Positions 11,443 to 24,581 of a DNA stretch of 64,000 nt are shown piece after piece. The stretch's first letter is position 1. The number at the start of each line of letters is the position of its first letter. This DNA comes from Eledone cirrhosa. Taxonomy: Eukaryota. The stretch spans positions 11,036,001-11,100,000 of the forward strand of contig OZ024743.1 of NCBI GenBank assembly GCA_964016885.1, read 5' to 3'. The notes under the pieces are model-generated. The model did not search any database and was not told the DNA's origin. It was given only the letters and a program-made list of their open reading frames with translations. Both the position numbers and the translations under genes were made by a program.

Positions 11443-12030
11443 ATATATAAACAACTATCTGGTTGTGGAACCAACCAACCAACCAGAAATTTATAAATTT
11501 ATTATAAATTTATTATAATAAATTGAAGTGAAAGCAACTGGTGCGTGTGTTTCGTATTGGCAACATGACCCTCCCAAAGTATAACAATTATATATATATA
11601 TATATATATATATACACGTGCATGTGTTTTTAGTATATGTATTATTATTTTTATGTTAATATTACGTATTATTATTATTTTACTGTATTCATTCATTAAT
11701 ATACTTCTATTGACCTGTGCTCCTAGAACATACTCATGCCGCTGAAAGCAATAAACTATGCCCGGCCCACACGCACTTCCCGCCGGTATTTTGTCAAATG
11801 CAGACGTCACATAGTATTCTTGTTCTCTATCTATTGATGCTTATGGGTTTTTGCACAAGCTATGTTGGTGGCTGACAATTAGAGACCCATCTTCCCAACG
11901 GTTACATAATTAGACAAGACAAACAAGATAAAAGCGTTGAAACGTGGTGGAAGGATTTGCTCATTTAATTTTCCAGTTTGCACTAGTTAAGAACGCACAC
12001 AGATATGTACCAGCATAGACGCAAACGAAT

Positions 12031-12095
<65 letters not shown>

Positions 12096-12100
<5 letters not shown>

Positions 12101-12128
12101 ACGCTTTGGGAGGGTCATGTTGCCAATA
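12096..12128 (-). mobile_element. Solo 33-nt PLE family A tail in (TA)n
   Basis: Reverse complement TATTGGCAACATGACCCTCCCAAAGCGTAACAA matches the terminus at 3106-3138. Confidence 0.85.
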
Positions 12129-14497
12129 TATATATATATAACTGACGTGCGGGCACTCACGCATTCTGACGTACAGGCTGTAGCTTTCTTCTCCCTATGA
12201 ATTGTATATGAGAAAATACAAACATAATGACATGTTATCATCCAATGTCGTGCAGAGTCAAGAGAGGAACGCTCGCTCGTTGTTAGATGATGGTTGACAT
12301 ATAACGTGTATGCTCGAATAGTCCTCGCAGCGGTTCATTGCGACACATGTCGAGACAATTAGCGCCTGCCGTCCCCAACGTTTGTTTACTTAACAAGAGA
12401 AATTCATATCTCTGAATATACATTTTTTAATGTGTATGTGTAAATACCAATTTAAATCCAGTTTTCCACGATTGCATCTGTTATTATTTGTCTCTCGCTT
12501 TATTTGACTATATTTTCATTTCATTTCATTTTCTCGGTACAGACTATTGGCTGTCGACTTCTAGCTTGTGAAATGATGGCTCCTATCCTTTTCCTGGGCA
12601 GGTGTTTTATGGTTGGATGCACTCTTCTTAACGCTAATGAGTTGGGTCAGTAACTATTTTTCCAAATAGGGAAATTCGGTAATGTGCTTAGAGAGAAATT
12701 TACACATATCCTGAGGTAAAGATTGAGCCCTTGATCCAAAAGCTTCTAGTTGACAGAAGATACTAATTCAGAGAAAAAAGGAGGATGAGGTTTTTGCTTT
12801 TTGTTTTTGTTTATTCAAATACTTGGTATTTCTAACGCGTGAGATTGAAAACTGACAAACAAATTTAAATGACTAAACTATCGTGATTTCAGAATCTTTA
12901 TACCGATCAAGTAAGAAGATGATCAAAATCATTGTGTCATCTTTTTTCAGTAACAGATTTGAGGAAGATTTAACTATATTTTCTTGAAGGTTGAATGAGC
13001 GCATAGTGGCTTCTTTGCTGGCTCCAAATTATTAAACAATATGGTTTACTAACACACTTCGTTATATGTTTATGACTCAAGCAGGAAGAGTTGTGTCAAT
13101 AACTTTAAAAGACACTCCTATTTTAAAGGGCATTAGTACAAGTACTGTAAACTAACATTCTGTAATCCTGTTTTCAATAACTGTTGACGTCTATTTAATA
13201 CTCTCACTATGCCAATGTCCTTAATAAGGAATTAAAATCACATCATAGCAATTTCCCCACATACATCTAAGTCAGAAGTAGATTTTATGTTTGAGGGGCA
13301 AAGCAGGAATAATCAAATCTGTCCCCAGGGTAACCACATTCAGCTACATGTAACAAATTACGTTACTATACAGGACAGCACTTTACTAGATTTGTTTCTC
13401 CTTTTTTAAAATTTGTTCAACTTTTGAAGGTAGAAATTGCATGGTATCTAATTAAATTACCAACTAATTAAATTACAACCAACCTATACGCAGTCTTTAT
13501 AGTATATGTATTACACATATATGCGTAAAACTTTCATTCTCAGCTACTTTCTAACTCAATCCACCAGTTTTATGTAATTGATCTGGTAACCCTGCCTGTC
13601 ACATGAGCTTGATAAGGATCATGTGCACTTCCCTTCCTTTTTTGATTAAGTTATTGAAAGAATGCACCCTGATATTGCAAACTCTTTGTACAGATTAGTA
13701 GCAGCGCCAAATACTAGTCCCATCCCTCCCTTCTACTCACCAATATTACTTAGTTCAAATTACCATATTTTCAGAAAATGCTAGGTTTAAATAATCTCCA
13801 AAAACCATAAATAGCTTATTTCACCGTACCGTCATCAGATAGTCATGGTGCTTCACAAAGGGTGAGTTTTCTTTTCACGCTAAGATGATCTTGGTTGTTG
13901 GCAGCTAGAAAACCTTATGGATAGAAAATCTATTCTATATTCCTAATTAACATATGCACTCTTATGCATTGGAGAACACATCCAAGAAAAATCCATATAT
14001 CTATCAGTCGGGTTTATACTCAGTAACCTATTGCAAACCCTTGGCCCCGCAACTACAATTTTTTCTACGTCATTCAATTGATATCTCGTTCTAGATAAAT
14101 CAGTTGTATTTCTTCGCACACCGACAGCGTCGAAAGTGGTAGATGGTCGTGATTGAAGCATCGTTAAAAAGAGGATAGATAGTCGCTGTGGGTACTAAAT
14201 GGAATAGGAGTCGTAGATTGGAAAGAATTGAATGAAAGACAAAAAATGAAAGGAAGTAGAAAGAGTGAACAGTGAGTATAAAAGATAGTAATGTTATGAG
14301 ACAACGAATAGTGTTACGAGGTAGAAAATTGAAACACTGTAGTGGAAACAGAGAAATAGGTGGTAGCTACATAGAAAAGAAAGAGCGAGAAGAGTTGGGC
14401 ACTCACACAGACAAACTTTCACAAATATATAATATATATAGTATCGTTTGTATCACAAGTGACAATTTGTGGAAATACTGACATTTGAGCATGTAAA

Positions 14498-14705
14498 ATG
14501 ATTTCTAAATTGGGGACGAGGGCATTACATTTAAGGAATGGTAAAAGTCGATTATATTGATGCCAGTGCTTGATACATATTTCAGTTTATTGACCGTTGA
14601 ACGATGTAAGGCTAAATTCCAACCAGCGGGATTTGAACCTAGAAATGTACGCGGCGTGACTAATTATTACAAAGTATTTTCTCCGACGGCCTATCAAATG
14701 TGCCG
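14498..14705 (-). mobile_element. Degenerate tRNA-derived SINE
   Basis: GCGGGATTTGAAC (reverse B-box) and body similar to the copies at 19843-20500. Confidence 0.6.
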
Positions 14706-15085
14706 ATACTAATGAGAAGTCAATGTTATTGTTAAAAACATATTTTACATAAGGCTGTACGACTGCAGGCACCATCCAGTCACAAATTAAAGTGGTTATA
14801 TCATGAGTTATATAATTAATTAAAAAGTTTGTAATCATTTATTATATGGAATTCCACCTGACACTATTTTTTATGTTACATCTTCTTTATAGTTAAAATC
14901 ACATAAAATCACATAATTGCTTTCTTTAGTCAACCATTAATAATCAATTGTATGCGTGTGACTGCATTTTTGTGTCTTCTCACACACACACACATATATA
15001 TATACACACACATACACACACATATATACACACACACACATATATATATATACATACATATATATACATATATACATGCATACAA

Positions 15086-15177
<92 letters not shown>

Positions 15178-15599
15178 TTATAAACACACACGTATATTCA
15201 TGACCACACATTCACATTTATATACATATTTCCACGCACATTCATTGCGTATTTTCGTAGACTATTAACAATGAAACATCACGTAATGTAAGCCTGTACA
15301 TAATCGGCTCGTTATGCGTTAGACTGCCTAGCGTTGATGATAATGCATTCATAACTGACTAATGCTGTTAAAGTAATCAAGTACTGTGAGTGAAATCATC
15401 TTCCCTATTGTTCAGGAATTTGACACTAATTGACCGAGTCACATTACAAGCTTTATCTACCGTAAATATAATTAATATATTACGGATGCTTTCTTTTGTG
15501 TTGAGTAAAAATTACGTTAGGTAGGCGTATGAAAAGTTCTGCTTACAATCCAAATCCACCATTATCCAATGTAGAGAATAAAATGTAACAAGTGAAGAT

Positions 15600-15960
15600 T
15601 GAATACCAGGTATTGACATTCCGTTTCCTTTTTGTGCCAGTTACAATCGAAACTTCTGATGGGCCTGATTCCCGGAGTATTGATTTCCTCCACTATATTG
15701 GGAGGAGACCATCTCTCATAAGGAACGAGCCCTGTGAGGTGGAATAGGTGATGTAGCGAGTATCACTGACTTCTCTGTGACAATGTGTTTGCCAGCTTGT
15801 CTGCGGTATGCAGATGAGGTTGTAATGCTTTCCTTTCGTTATTTCTTCACCCCTTCTTTTACATTTATTTATTTTATAATTTTTTCACCCAACATTTTCT
15901 TTGTTTCTCTCTTTTATAGTTTTTAAATATTTATGATTGAATATAACATTTTGACCCAAT
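15600..15960 (+). mobile_element. Degenerate 3' end of a CRE/R2-type (restriction-like endonuclease) retrotransposon
   Basis: Translates VPVTIETSDG...FLHYIGRR...EPCEVE*VM*RVSL, followed by a T-rich UTR. Confidence 0.55.
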
Positions 15961-15999
15961 CAAATTTAACTTCCCTCACCGAGAACTGAATAACAACAA

Positions 16000-16505
16000 A
16001 CAAAAGTGACGTCTAATCACAAGTTCTCCGCCTCCAACTTAGTCGCTTCGGCCAAGAAGCCCCATACCACGACTCGTAATGAAAGACAAGCAAATACCGG
16101 GGCTTGACAGGCCGCTTTCTCTTTGTACCGGTCGCTGTCGAGACCTCAGGTGTCCTTGTACCGTAAAATCGGAACGACAGCTGCCCGTCTGAGGGAGGAA
16201 TCCTGCGAGGTGGTGTGGCTGTTCCAGCGGATATCGCTGGCCATTGTCCGCGAAACACTGCTCTAGGTGTAGAATCTGTCACCCTCTTCCCTTCTCCCTT
16301 TCTTCTGTTGCCTAATAGTTCTTGCGCTTTCCCTCCCTTTCCTCTCGTTTATGGCATTTAAAGTACTTTATTTTCCTATACAGCCAGATCTGCCCTTCTT
16401 TACCCTTCCCCTTTTATTTCTATTTTTCACTTCTTAATTTTGATTTTATTCATTTTTAATATTATCACAATTGTATAACTTTTGTTCAATAAATTCTTGT
16501 TTTAT
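16000..16505 (+). mobile_element. 3' end of a CRE-like restriction-like-endonuclease non-LTR retrotransposon
   Basis: KTSKYRGLTGRFLFVPVAVETSGVL and KIG...EVVWLFQRISLAIVR are typical C-terminal motifs; pyrimidine-rich UTR with AATAAA at ~16489. Confidence 0.75.
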
Positions 16506-16815
16506 CACAAGTTGATTTCTAAATTCAAATTAAGGTAAAATAAATTATATTACCATTAGCTCGTGATAGAGTTGTAGGACGCTGCCATTAAATATAGTGT
16601 ATTGTAGGCATTATAAACGTCTACAGGTCGAAACAGTCAGTTTCTTCCAAAGAAAAAGGAGAGGGGGAAAGAACCAATCACAGTACTAACCCAGTACATT
16701 ATATATCAAAAAGATGAAAGGCAAAGCACACCACGGCGGGATTTGATACATACATACATGTATATCTATCTATATATTTCTATACATGCACACACACACA
16801 CATTATGTATCTCTC

Positions 16816-16860
<45 letters not shown>

Positions 16861-16909
16861 CGTGTCAGTGTGTGCTTGTTCGCAAATAAGTTAGAAAGAC
16901 AGATAGATC

Positions 16910-17170
16910 GAGATAGAGATAGAGATAACTAAAATCTCGAAACCACTTGGCACCGTGGTCGGGATTTTACTTATCTCTATACCCACTCTCTACTCCCTGT
17001 GCATTTAGTACTCCAATGGCTAGTTGTCTCTCCGGTCTCGGTACCGCCGACTCTCTGTAGAGATATAAATATAGATATACGACAGGCCTGCACAATGTTT
17101 ACTTGTACTTAGCTTCACTCTCATGGCTATAGTAAAGATATAAGATATTTCTGAACATGGAAATGCAGTC
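16910..17170 (+). repeat. Dispersed repeat with 5' hairpin, copy 1
   Basis: Homologous to 18645-18900; arms 16920-16940/16959-16979. Confidence 0.75.
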
Positions 17171-18269
17171 CAATGACAGAAACAAAAGAACGTATACACA
17201 CAAATGAGAAATCATGTGTTTGGATTTATTGTAACCACAACAAAAACACCCATTTGACATCTTTCTATGAATCGTCGATATTGTTTTTCTTAGTAGGGCA
17301 TCATATAAAATAATAACATATTCTCACTTCCCTAAGTGATTACCAGATTTGAAAGCTACCCTTCTTTTAATTCTTTCTTTCTATCTTTCTTAACATCCAC
17401 CCCTTTTTTCTTCTTCCCTTTTGTACCAACTAATACTTGTTTTGTTTTGTGTTTTTTCTTCTTCTTCATATGTTTAATCTCTGTAATGGCGTCTTCTTGA
17501 TGAGCAAAGTCTCCGTGAAGGTGAGGTCAGCAGGTTCGAAGCACTCCAGTGATATCATATCAAAGTAAACCAACGCCAGTTAGAAAGCGGGAGACCGTCC
17601 ACTTAGATGAGTCTAGTAAAGCAACAGGAAGTTTAAAAAAAATTAAAACTAAGAACACAGCAACAATAATCAAACTGCTATATTAACATTAGTAGAGAGT
17701 TTATTTTATTTTTTTAAGTTTAGTAAAGTCTTAGAGGGGTGAGGATAAAGTACTATGCTGCACACATTTAGTGAAGATTGACGTAGGCAAATTATTATAA
17801 CTTTACAAATACAGGTTTGTACGCTCCCTGAAAATATGAAACGTTTCAAATTTACCAAAATATTATTTCCTAATCAATGCCACTCCCCTTTCTCACCTCT
17901 TGTTCGTTCTTTGATACACATACAGACACAGACACGGTGATACACACGCATATGTATGTGTATGTGTATAGACTTATGTATAGTATATTGAGACAGGTAA
18001 GCAACGATGCGAATGTTTAACATTCGGGAATAACGATAGGTATTTGTGATGGATGTACAATTTGCTGTTATTGTTATTTAGTCATAAGTTAATTCTAATC
18101 AAACAGAAAGACCTATGATCAAAGGAATTTTAATTGTAATCAGTGTATCTTTTATTTCTAGAAATGTATCTAGATTTACATTACTCAGAGTAAGATTTGA
18201 AATTTCTCTTGATGCTATCAGGTGGTATAAGGATCATTATACCACTGTTTCGGCAGTTACAAGTTGATG

Positions 18270-18306
<37 letters not shown>

Positions 18307-18644
18307 GTGCGATAAGGGAAGCGATGCTATCTAGACATGAGCCGTAACATTGTGTAAGTTGAAGAATTCAAGGTTTTTATTCTTATGTGAGAGATGTCTT
18401 CTAATTTGGGACAATAAACTCTTAGCGACATTTGTAGATTGAATGTGTGACAGGAATAGTTTATTTTTCTAAATCACTTTGAAGTGGTCGAGGTGTCCTC
18501 AATGTATGCTACTTTTTATATTAAATCCACTTCTCGTTAGTGCTTCGCTATAATGGGATGCAGCTCTGAGGACGAAACGTTAGAGATTCTTCTGGTAATT
18601 ATGTCCAATAGGTTCTGTGTGTGCAGATTATTTAGAAAGATAGA

Positions 18645-18900
18645 CAGATAGAGATAGAGATAAATAAAATCCCGAAACCACCTGGCACTGCGGTTGGGAT
18701 TTTACTTATCTCTATACCCACTCTGCATCTCCCCATGTATTGAGTACTCCAATGGTTTGTTGTATCCCCGGTCTCAGACTCTCTATATAGATATAAAGAT
18801 TTATAGAAATATAGAAATAGATAAACGACAGGCCTGCATGCACACAGTTTACTCACATGACTATAGCAGAAAAAAGACACTTCTGAACATGGAAATAAGT
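18645..18900 (+). repeat. Dispersed repeat with 5' hairpin, copy 2
   Basis: Homologous to 16910-17170; arms 18655-18675/18694-18714. Confidence 0.75.
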
Positions 18901-19031
18901 CGATACGAAGCAAACCTCTTAACCACCCAACCATGCACGTGTTTAATTGCTTATTTTCTGATATATTAAAGTGAGCTCAATAAAAAAAATATACCATAGC
19001 TGTGGTGGAGAAAGCTGAAAATAAGGAGAAA

Positions 19032-19081
19032 ATATAAGACAAGGACAAACGCTTTTCAAAGCGTTTGTCCTTGTCTTATAT
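19032..19081. repeat. Perfect 24-bp inverted repeat with 2-nt spacer
   Basis: ATATAAGACAAGGACAAACGCTTT-TC-AAAGCGTTTGTCCTTGTCTTATAT. Confidence 0.95.
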
Positions 19082-19683
19082 GTAACTCTAGTTAAGAGGA
19101 ACTAGTGTATTAGGATATAAATTGGAAGATACTAATGTTTGAGAATAAAGGATATAGAGAAACAGACATATTTGGAGGAGGGTAGAACCTGTTATAAACT
19201 ATTTTGCCCTTAAGTAAAGTAAAACTATGGCAATGGCGTTCAGTTAAATTGTGTAACTCAAGATTGCTTACTAGAGGCGTTTTTATTAATTACTTCAAGT
19301 GGAATGTTATGAATGGATCACAGCTTAATTCTATTGCAGTCAGAATGCATTTCTTAAGTGGTTTTAATTCGTGGGGCTTCAAGGGATTTTCCTTAAGATT
19401 ATGCAGTCAATTCTACAATCTACAATTGTTTTTATTATTTGTTTTACCATCACCACCATCACCACTTCCACCCACACCAAACCACACACAGTTATATGTA
19501 TTTATAATTAAGTTTATTGCAGGAATCTGGGCCTAGTGTGGCGGAGAAGAACACCTTAAAATGAATAGATTTGTATATGCAGGTGTATGTATGTGTATGT
19601 ATTCTTGGGTCAGACTAGATAAGCTAGGTCAATTACCATGGGTCCACGATTCTGTTAGAGTTAAATGGTCAGGTTCAACTGAA

Positions 19684-19835
19684 GGTACTTCCGTATCTGT
19701 AGAGTTTATACTAAACCATCAATGCCCGGCGTTAGCATTGCAAGGCCAAGGATTTCTGGAAATTGTCCATAAGTCCTGGACAAAAAGTATGCAAAAAACT
19801 AGCCAGTTAATTTACATAGACGCTCAGATTGTCTA
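19684..19835 (-). mobile_element. Small Tx1-like ORF2 fragment
   Basis: Translates ...PGLMDNFQKSLALQC*RRAL...KLYRYG, homologous to LINE A/B/C. Confidence 0.75.
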
Positions 19836-19842
19836 CAATATT

Positions 19843-20500
19843 AATAATGGTTTCTGTTTTAAGCACAAGGCCAGTAATTTGGGGGTAGGGAAAGTTGATT
19901 AAATCGAGCCCAGTGCGTGACTGGTACTTTATTTTATCGAACCCGTGAAGATAAAAGGTAAAGCTAACCTCGGCAGGGTTTAAACTCAAAACGTAAAGCG
20001 GAATAACTATATGCCGCAAAACCTGTCCAAAGCTTCACTGATACTGTCAATCCATATGCCACCAATAGTAATTGTCCGACTTTAGGCACAAGGCCAGCAA
20101 TTTGAAGGAGAGGAGGAAAGTCGATTACATCGACCCCAGTGCGTGACTGGCGCTTTATTTTATCGACTCCGTGAGTATGAAAGGCAAAGCTAACCTCGGC
20201 GGGATTTGAACTCAGAACGGAAAGGACTGTAACGGAATGCCGCAAAGCATGTTGGCCGACGCTCTACCGATAATGCTAATCTACCACCTTTATGCCACCA
20301 ATAATAATGATTAATTTTTTTCTGATTTAGGCGCAAGGCCAACAATTTGGGGTAAGAGAAAGTCGATTAAACCAACCACAATACATTACTGGTGTTTTAT
20401 TTCATCTACTCCGTAAGGACGAAAGGCAAAGATAACCTCGGCGGGATTTGAACTCAGAACGTAAATGGACGTAACTATATGCCGAAAAGCATGTTATTCT
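19843..20500 (-). mobile_element. Three head-to-tail tRNA-derived SINEs
   Basis: Three ~220-bp units, each with AAGGCCAG..., GACTGGTACTTTATTTTATCGA, AAAGGCAAAG..CCTCGGCGGGATTTGAACTC. Confidence 0.85.
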
Positions 20501-20786
20501 AGGAATAAGTGGGTAAAGAAGAAGACGACGACGTCGAAGAAGAAGAAGAAGAAGGGTGATAGTGATGATGTTCATCTTAATTTCTTACAAAACATACACG
20601 TGTAGGTTTACATTGTAGTGAGGCTCAGTCGAATTCTGTTGTTCGCTCTGAACTGTCTAAATTGCTCTGCTTAAACATGCACCCAAAAGTCAACAACAAA
20701 AATATCAAAATCACGAGTAACAGTGGTGGAGGTGGCGGTGTCAGTACCAGCTGCAGTAGGAGGGGCAGCTGCAGCTATAATAGATA

Positions 20787-20895
20787 TAGTAGTAGTAGTA
20801 GTAGTAGTAGTAGTAGCAGCAGCAGCAGTAGCAGTAGCTGTAGTAGTAGCAACAGCAGCAGTAGTAGTAGTAGTAGCAGCAGCAGCAGCAGTAGC

Positions 20896-20930
<35 letters not shown>

Positions 20931-20991
20931 CAGCAGTAATAGTAGTAGCAGCAGTAGCACCAGTAGTAGTAGTAGTAGTAGTAGCAGCAGC

Positions 20992-21022
<31 letters not shown>
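20787..21022. repeat. (AGT/AGC)n microsatellite
   Basis: Direct observation. Confidence 0.95.
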
Positions 21023-22174
21023 TAATGAGAGCAAATAGTAAAATAGCCAAATCAACAATAAATCAAATATATAAATGTGTTTGGCTCCAGGTTTATAAGT
21101 TTTCAAAATTTCTTTCTTTCTCTCCTTTCTTCTTCCCCTTGGAAGTTGTCACAGTAGGATATCGTGGTTCATAGCCGATTGTAGTGTGTGGCCGATTGCC
21201 AAAAGACATGTCTGAGAGGGCGGCCCTTATTGAAATCGACATACGACTTACTTTTGCTGGCATTCACTTATCTCAACACAGGCATACACACATACATAGA
21301 CACACACACAAACACATACAAACACACAATCACACACACAATCACATACACACACATACACACACATACACACACACATACACATATACATGAATATACA
21401 TATATATCTGTAAATATATATACATACATACACACATATATATATATACACATATATATATTATAGTGTATATATATATATATATAAATATACATACATA
21501 CATACATACATACATACATACTCACACACTTGTGTACATGCAAATACACACAGTTACGATCTGCCCTCTTAGCTTCCGAATAGCTTCAGACATCGAGTCG
21601 CCAGTCTATAAGCAATGACTGCTATAAAGAAATGTTTCCTGGTTCACAGTAGCTCATCCATCATCTAAGTTCTGGAAGATTCTCAGATACCGAGGTGTAT
21701 ACATCTCGTTTGTACACAACATTGTAGAATCTTTTATTTTTAATACCGTTAGATTTTGTTACCTGAGTCCAAGTAGTTAGTGGAATGCGCACACTGAAAT
21801 GTTGAAATGTTTGAAAGTCTATTAAGTTATGTGGTGTGTGCATTTTTATATATTACCAAGGTTTGTAACTGTTTTTATTGCGTCGACTATCAAACACGCA
21901 GACGTTATAAAATATTTATATATATATATATACAGAGAGAGGGGGGGGGGGGCGAGAGAATTATTTTGTCTGACGAATAAACTGGATATTCCTTGCAAGA
22001 ATCATCGAGTTTCTTGAAACCTTCGGTAATGAAACAATTATATTGTGTTGTTTATTATGTAATTAAATAGCTCTGTACAATACATAGAGCACTCTTTTTT
22101 CCTTTACCTTTTCTACGGAAATACTTAACACACATACACACACACGCACACACACATATATATATATATGTGTA

Positions 22175-23080
22175 TAAGAGATATTTAATTTGTTGGAAAT
22201 CCAACAAATATAGATGTTTCTGAAGTAAGTATTCAATTGATATTAAATAAATGGAAACTATATTTATAAAACCATATTTATTCTATTATATATATTTCAA
22301 GGGTTCCAAAAACTTTGGTACGCTATCATCAGATAAAATACAAAATGTTTTATAAATATTTGACATGACCAAGGATGATATACCTTAACGGTTCAAGTTG
22401 TCCCTGGAAAGTGAAGAGAAGAGAGGAGAAAAGTCAGATATTTAAAATTATTAATATGATTATGCAAATGATGTGTATATTAAAGGGCTGAAAAAACGTT
22501 ATTTTAGACGCTATGGAAAATTTAAATATTTATGATAAGGAAAGAAGAGAAAGAGAAAAGAATAACGTTAATTTGGGGGAAAAGATTTTTGTTACCTATA
22601 TTATGAGTTATAAAATTATATGAAGAATTATGGTTGTAAGTATTTTTATCTTATTACATTAGGATAGGTTAAATGTATATAAATATCTCTATATATATTA
22701 ATAAGTTGCGTATGCATTGATTGTTTATATAAACAAATATGAGTTACGAAGGATGTTGAAAATTTTATTTTCAAGTTGTGAGATTAGAATAATTTGTGGA
22801 TTCAAAAATGTTCAACATTGAGAATGTTTTCAGAATATTGTTAATTTAACGAAGCTATATAAATTATCAAACTATTGTTCAGTGATGAAAATAATAACAG
22901 AAAGTCGTTTCGGTGTAAAGATTTATTAAATGAACAATTCATGTTTTCGTGAAGTCATCGTATTCATTATCTTGAAGGCAACGCGCGAGTTGCTACTTCA
23001 ATAGACATCTTCGGCATCATATTGTCTTTGGGGCCTCCAAAAACTTATATCATTCTTAGACATGAGTAGGACACCCGGAG
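22175..23080 (-). mobile_element. Old Penelope-like 3' end (family C)
   Basis: Minus strand remnants CRRCLLK and KHELF/NKSLHRNDFLL resemble PLE GIY-YIG C-termini; hammerhead lies downstream. Confidence 0.55.
22280..22339 (-). ncRNA. Type I hammerhead ribozyme motif
   Basis: ATTTTAT-CTGATGA-[imperfect stem II ..CCAAA/TTTGG..]-GAAA-TATATA-TA-ATAGAAT; 7-bp stem I. Confidence 0.7.
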
Positions 23081-23270
23081 GTTCACAGACACGTGCACAC
23101 ACGCACACATGTGGTGGTGGAGCATCCCGGTTATTCATTTGTGCCGGTATGTGTGTGCTGACGAGATACATTTTGTATCTTGAAATGCAATGAGTACTTT
23201 ATCGATTAGTGGTCCTCCAATTTTTCTTTTCGCCTTCTATATATTTCTCGCTCATTCCCTTCTCTCCCCC

Positions 23271-23328
<58 letters not shown>

Positions 23329-23481
23329 AGAGAAAGAGAGAGATAAGAGATATGCAACGTTCTCGATATATATCTTTTGGATTTAAATAATTGATGCTCT
23401 GAACTAAAGTTCATTGAGCTTATTTATTGAGAAACATGATCATCATATATATTAGACATATATCGATACCTGAACATAGTA

Positions 23482-23544
<63 letters not shown>

Positions 23545-23627
23545 TGTATATATATATATAAGAAATCATCTGAAACCATCTCTACCAACGCACAGAGTAC
23601 CTTTTTATACTGTGGTTATGTCCCGAC

Positions 23628-23670
<43 letters not shown>

Positions 23671-23673
<3 letters not shown>

Positions 23674-23822
23674 AGAGTATTGAAGTTTGCTTGAAGCATT
23701 GTGGAATAATAAAAAATGTTGTAGTTTTGGAAGCCTCAACAATGCAGATGGTTAAATCTCCGGGTAACAGAATCCGGACCCGGAGATTTACCCATCTACA
23801 TTTTTGAGGCTTCCAAAACTAC
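23671..23822 (-). mobile_element. Hairpin-plus-tail island in (TA)n
   Basis: 45-bp arms 23721-23765/23778-23822 with few mismatches; ~50-nt unique tail. Confidence 0.6.
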
Positions 23823-23823
23823 C

Positions 23824-23886
<63 letters not shown>

Positions 23887-23977
23887 TAACAGATTAAAGT
23901 TTAAGCAAAGAATCGCTGATTTCACTCTTAACGGGATCTTTATATATATATACATATATACATATATACATATATAC

Positions 23978-24014
<37 letters not shown>

Positions 24015-24214
24015 CATATGTTGTTTACTTGTCTCACTTGCTTTACGCGTTTCACTTGTCCCAATAGCTTATCTTAGTTATTGCTCGCACCAACCTGAGG
24101 TATCTGATTTTTAATGCGATGAAATAGCAATGATGGTTGGCAAATCACTGATGAGGGACTAATTTTATAATATGTAATCCATGTGCAACCATGCAGTATT
24201 CTTCTCCCCTTGTT

Positions 24215-24280
<66 letters not shown>

Positions 24281-24329
24281 ATATACATATATATATACAT
24301 ATATATATATATACATACATATATATATG

Positions 24330-24361
<32 letters not shown>

Positions 24362-24507
24362 TATAGATATATGTGTTTTGCGACGGGTCACATACGAGCT
24401 TTTATTCTTATAGATTGGTCTAATCGATTTTTTATATGGTTAATTATGCTAATTGGGAGAGGAAACGGTATATATTTTATCTGGTGAATCTATAGACATG
24501 TTTTATG

Positions 24508-24581
<74 letters not shown>

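Larger units (their letters stand above)
10827..11587. mobile_element. Penelope-like family A fragment with internal inversion
   Basis: Minus arm 10827-11294 (GIY-YIG plus partial 3' UTR), plus arm 11295-11587 (3' end), followed by (TA)n. Confidence 0.88.

Noticed and set aside
13943-14161. Possible host exon (72-aa ORF, minus strand)
   Set aside because: No recognisable motif or convincing splice signals
18560-18590. CTGAGGA-C-GAAACGTT hammerhead-like core
   Set aside because: Stem II is absent and stem I is only 2 bp
20662-21174. Ser-rich 170-aa ORF
   Set aside because: (AGT/AGC)n microsatellite
23150-23200. CTGACGA-GATACA/TGTATC-TT-GAAA motif
   Set aside because: Extra bases before GAAA, no valid cleavage triplet or stem I
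24040-24160. GAAACGCGTA on the minus strand and CTGATGA on the plus strand
   Set aside because: The core halves lie on opposite strands; neither has a complete partner
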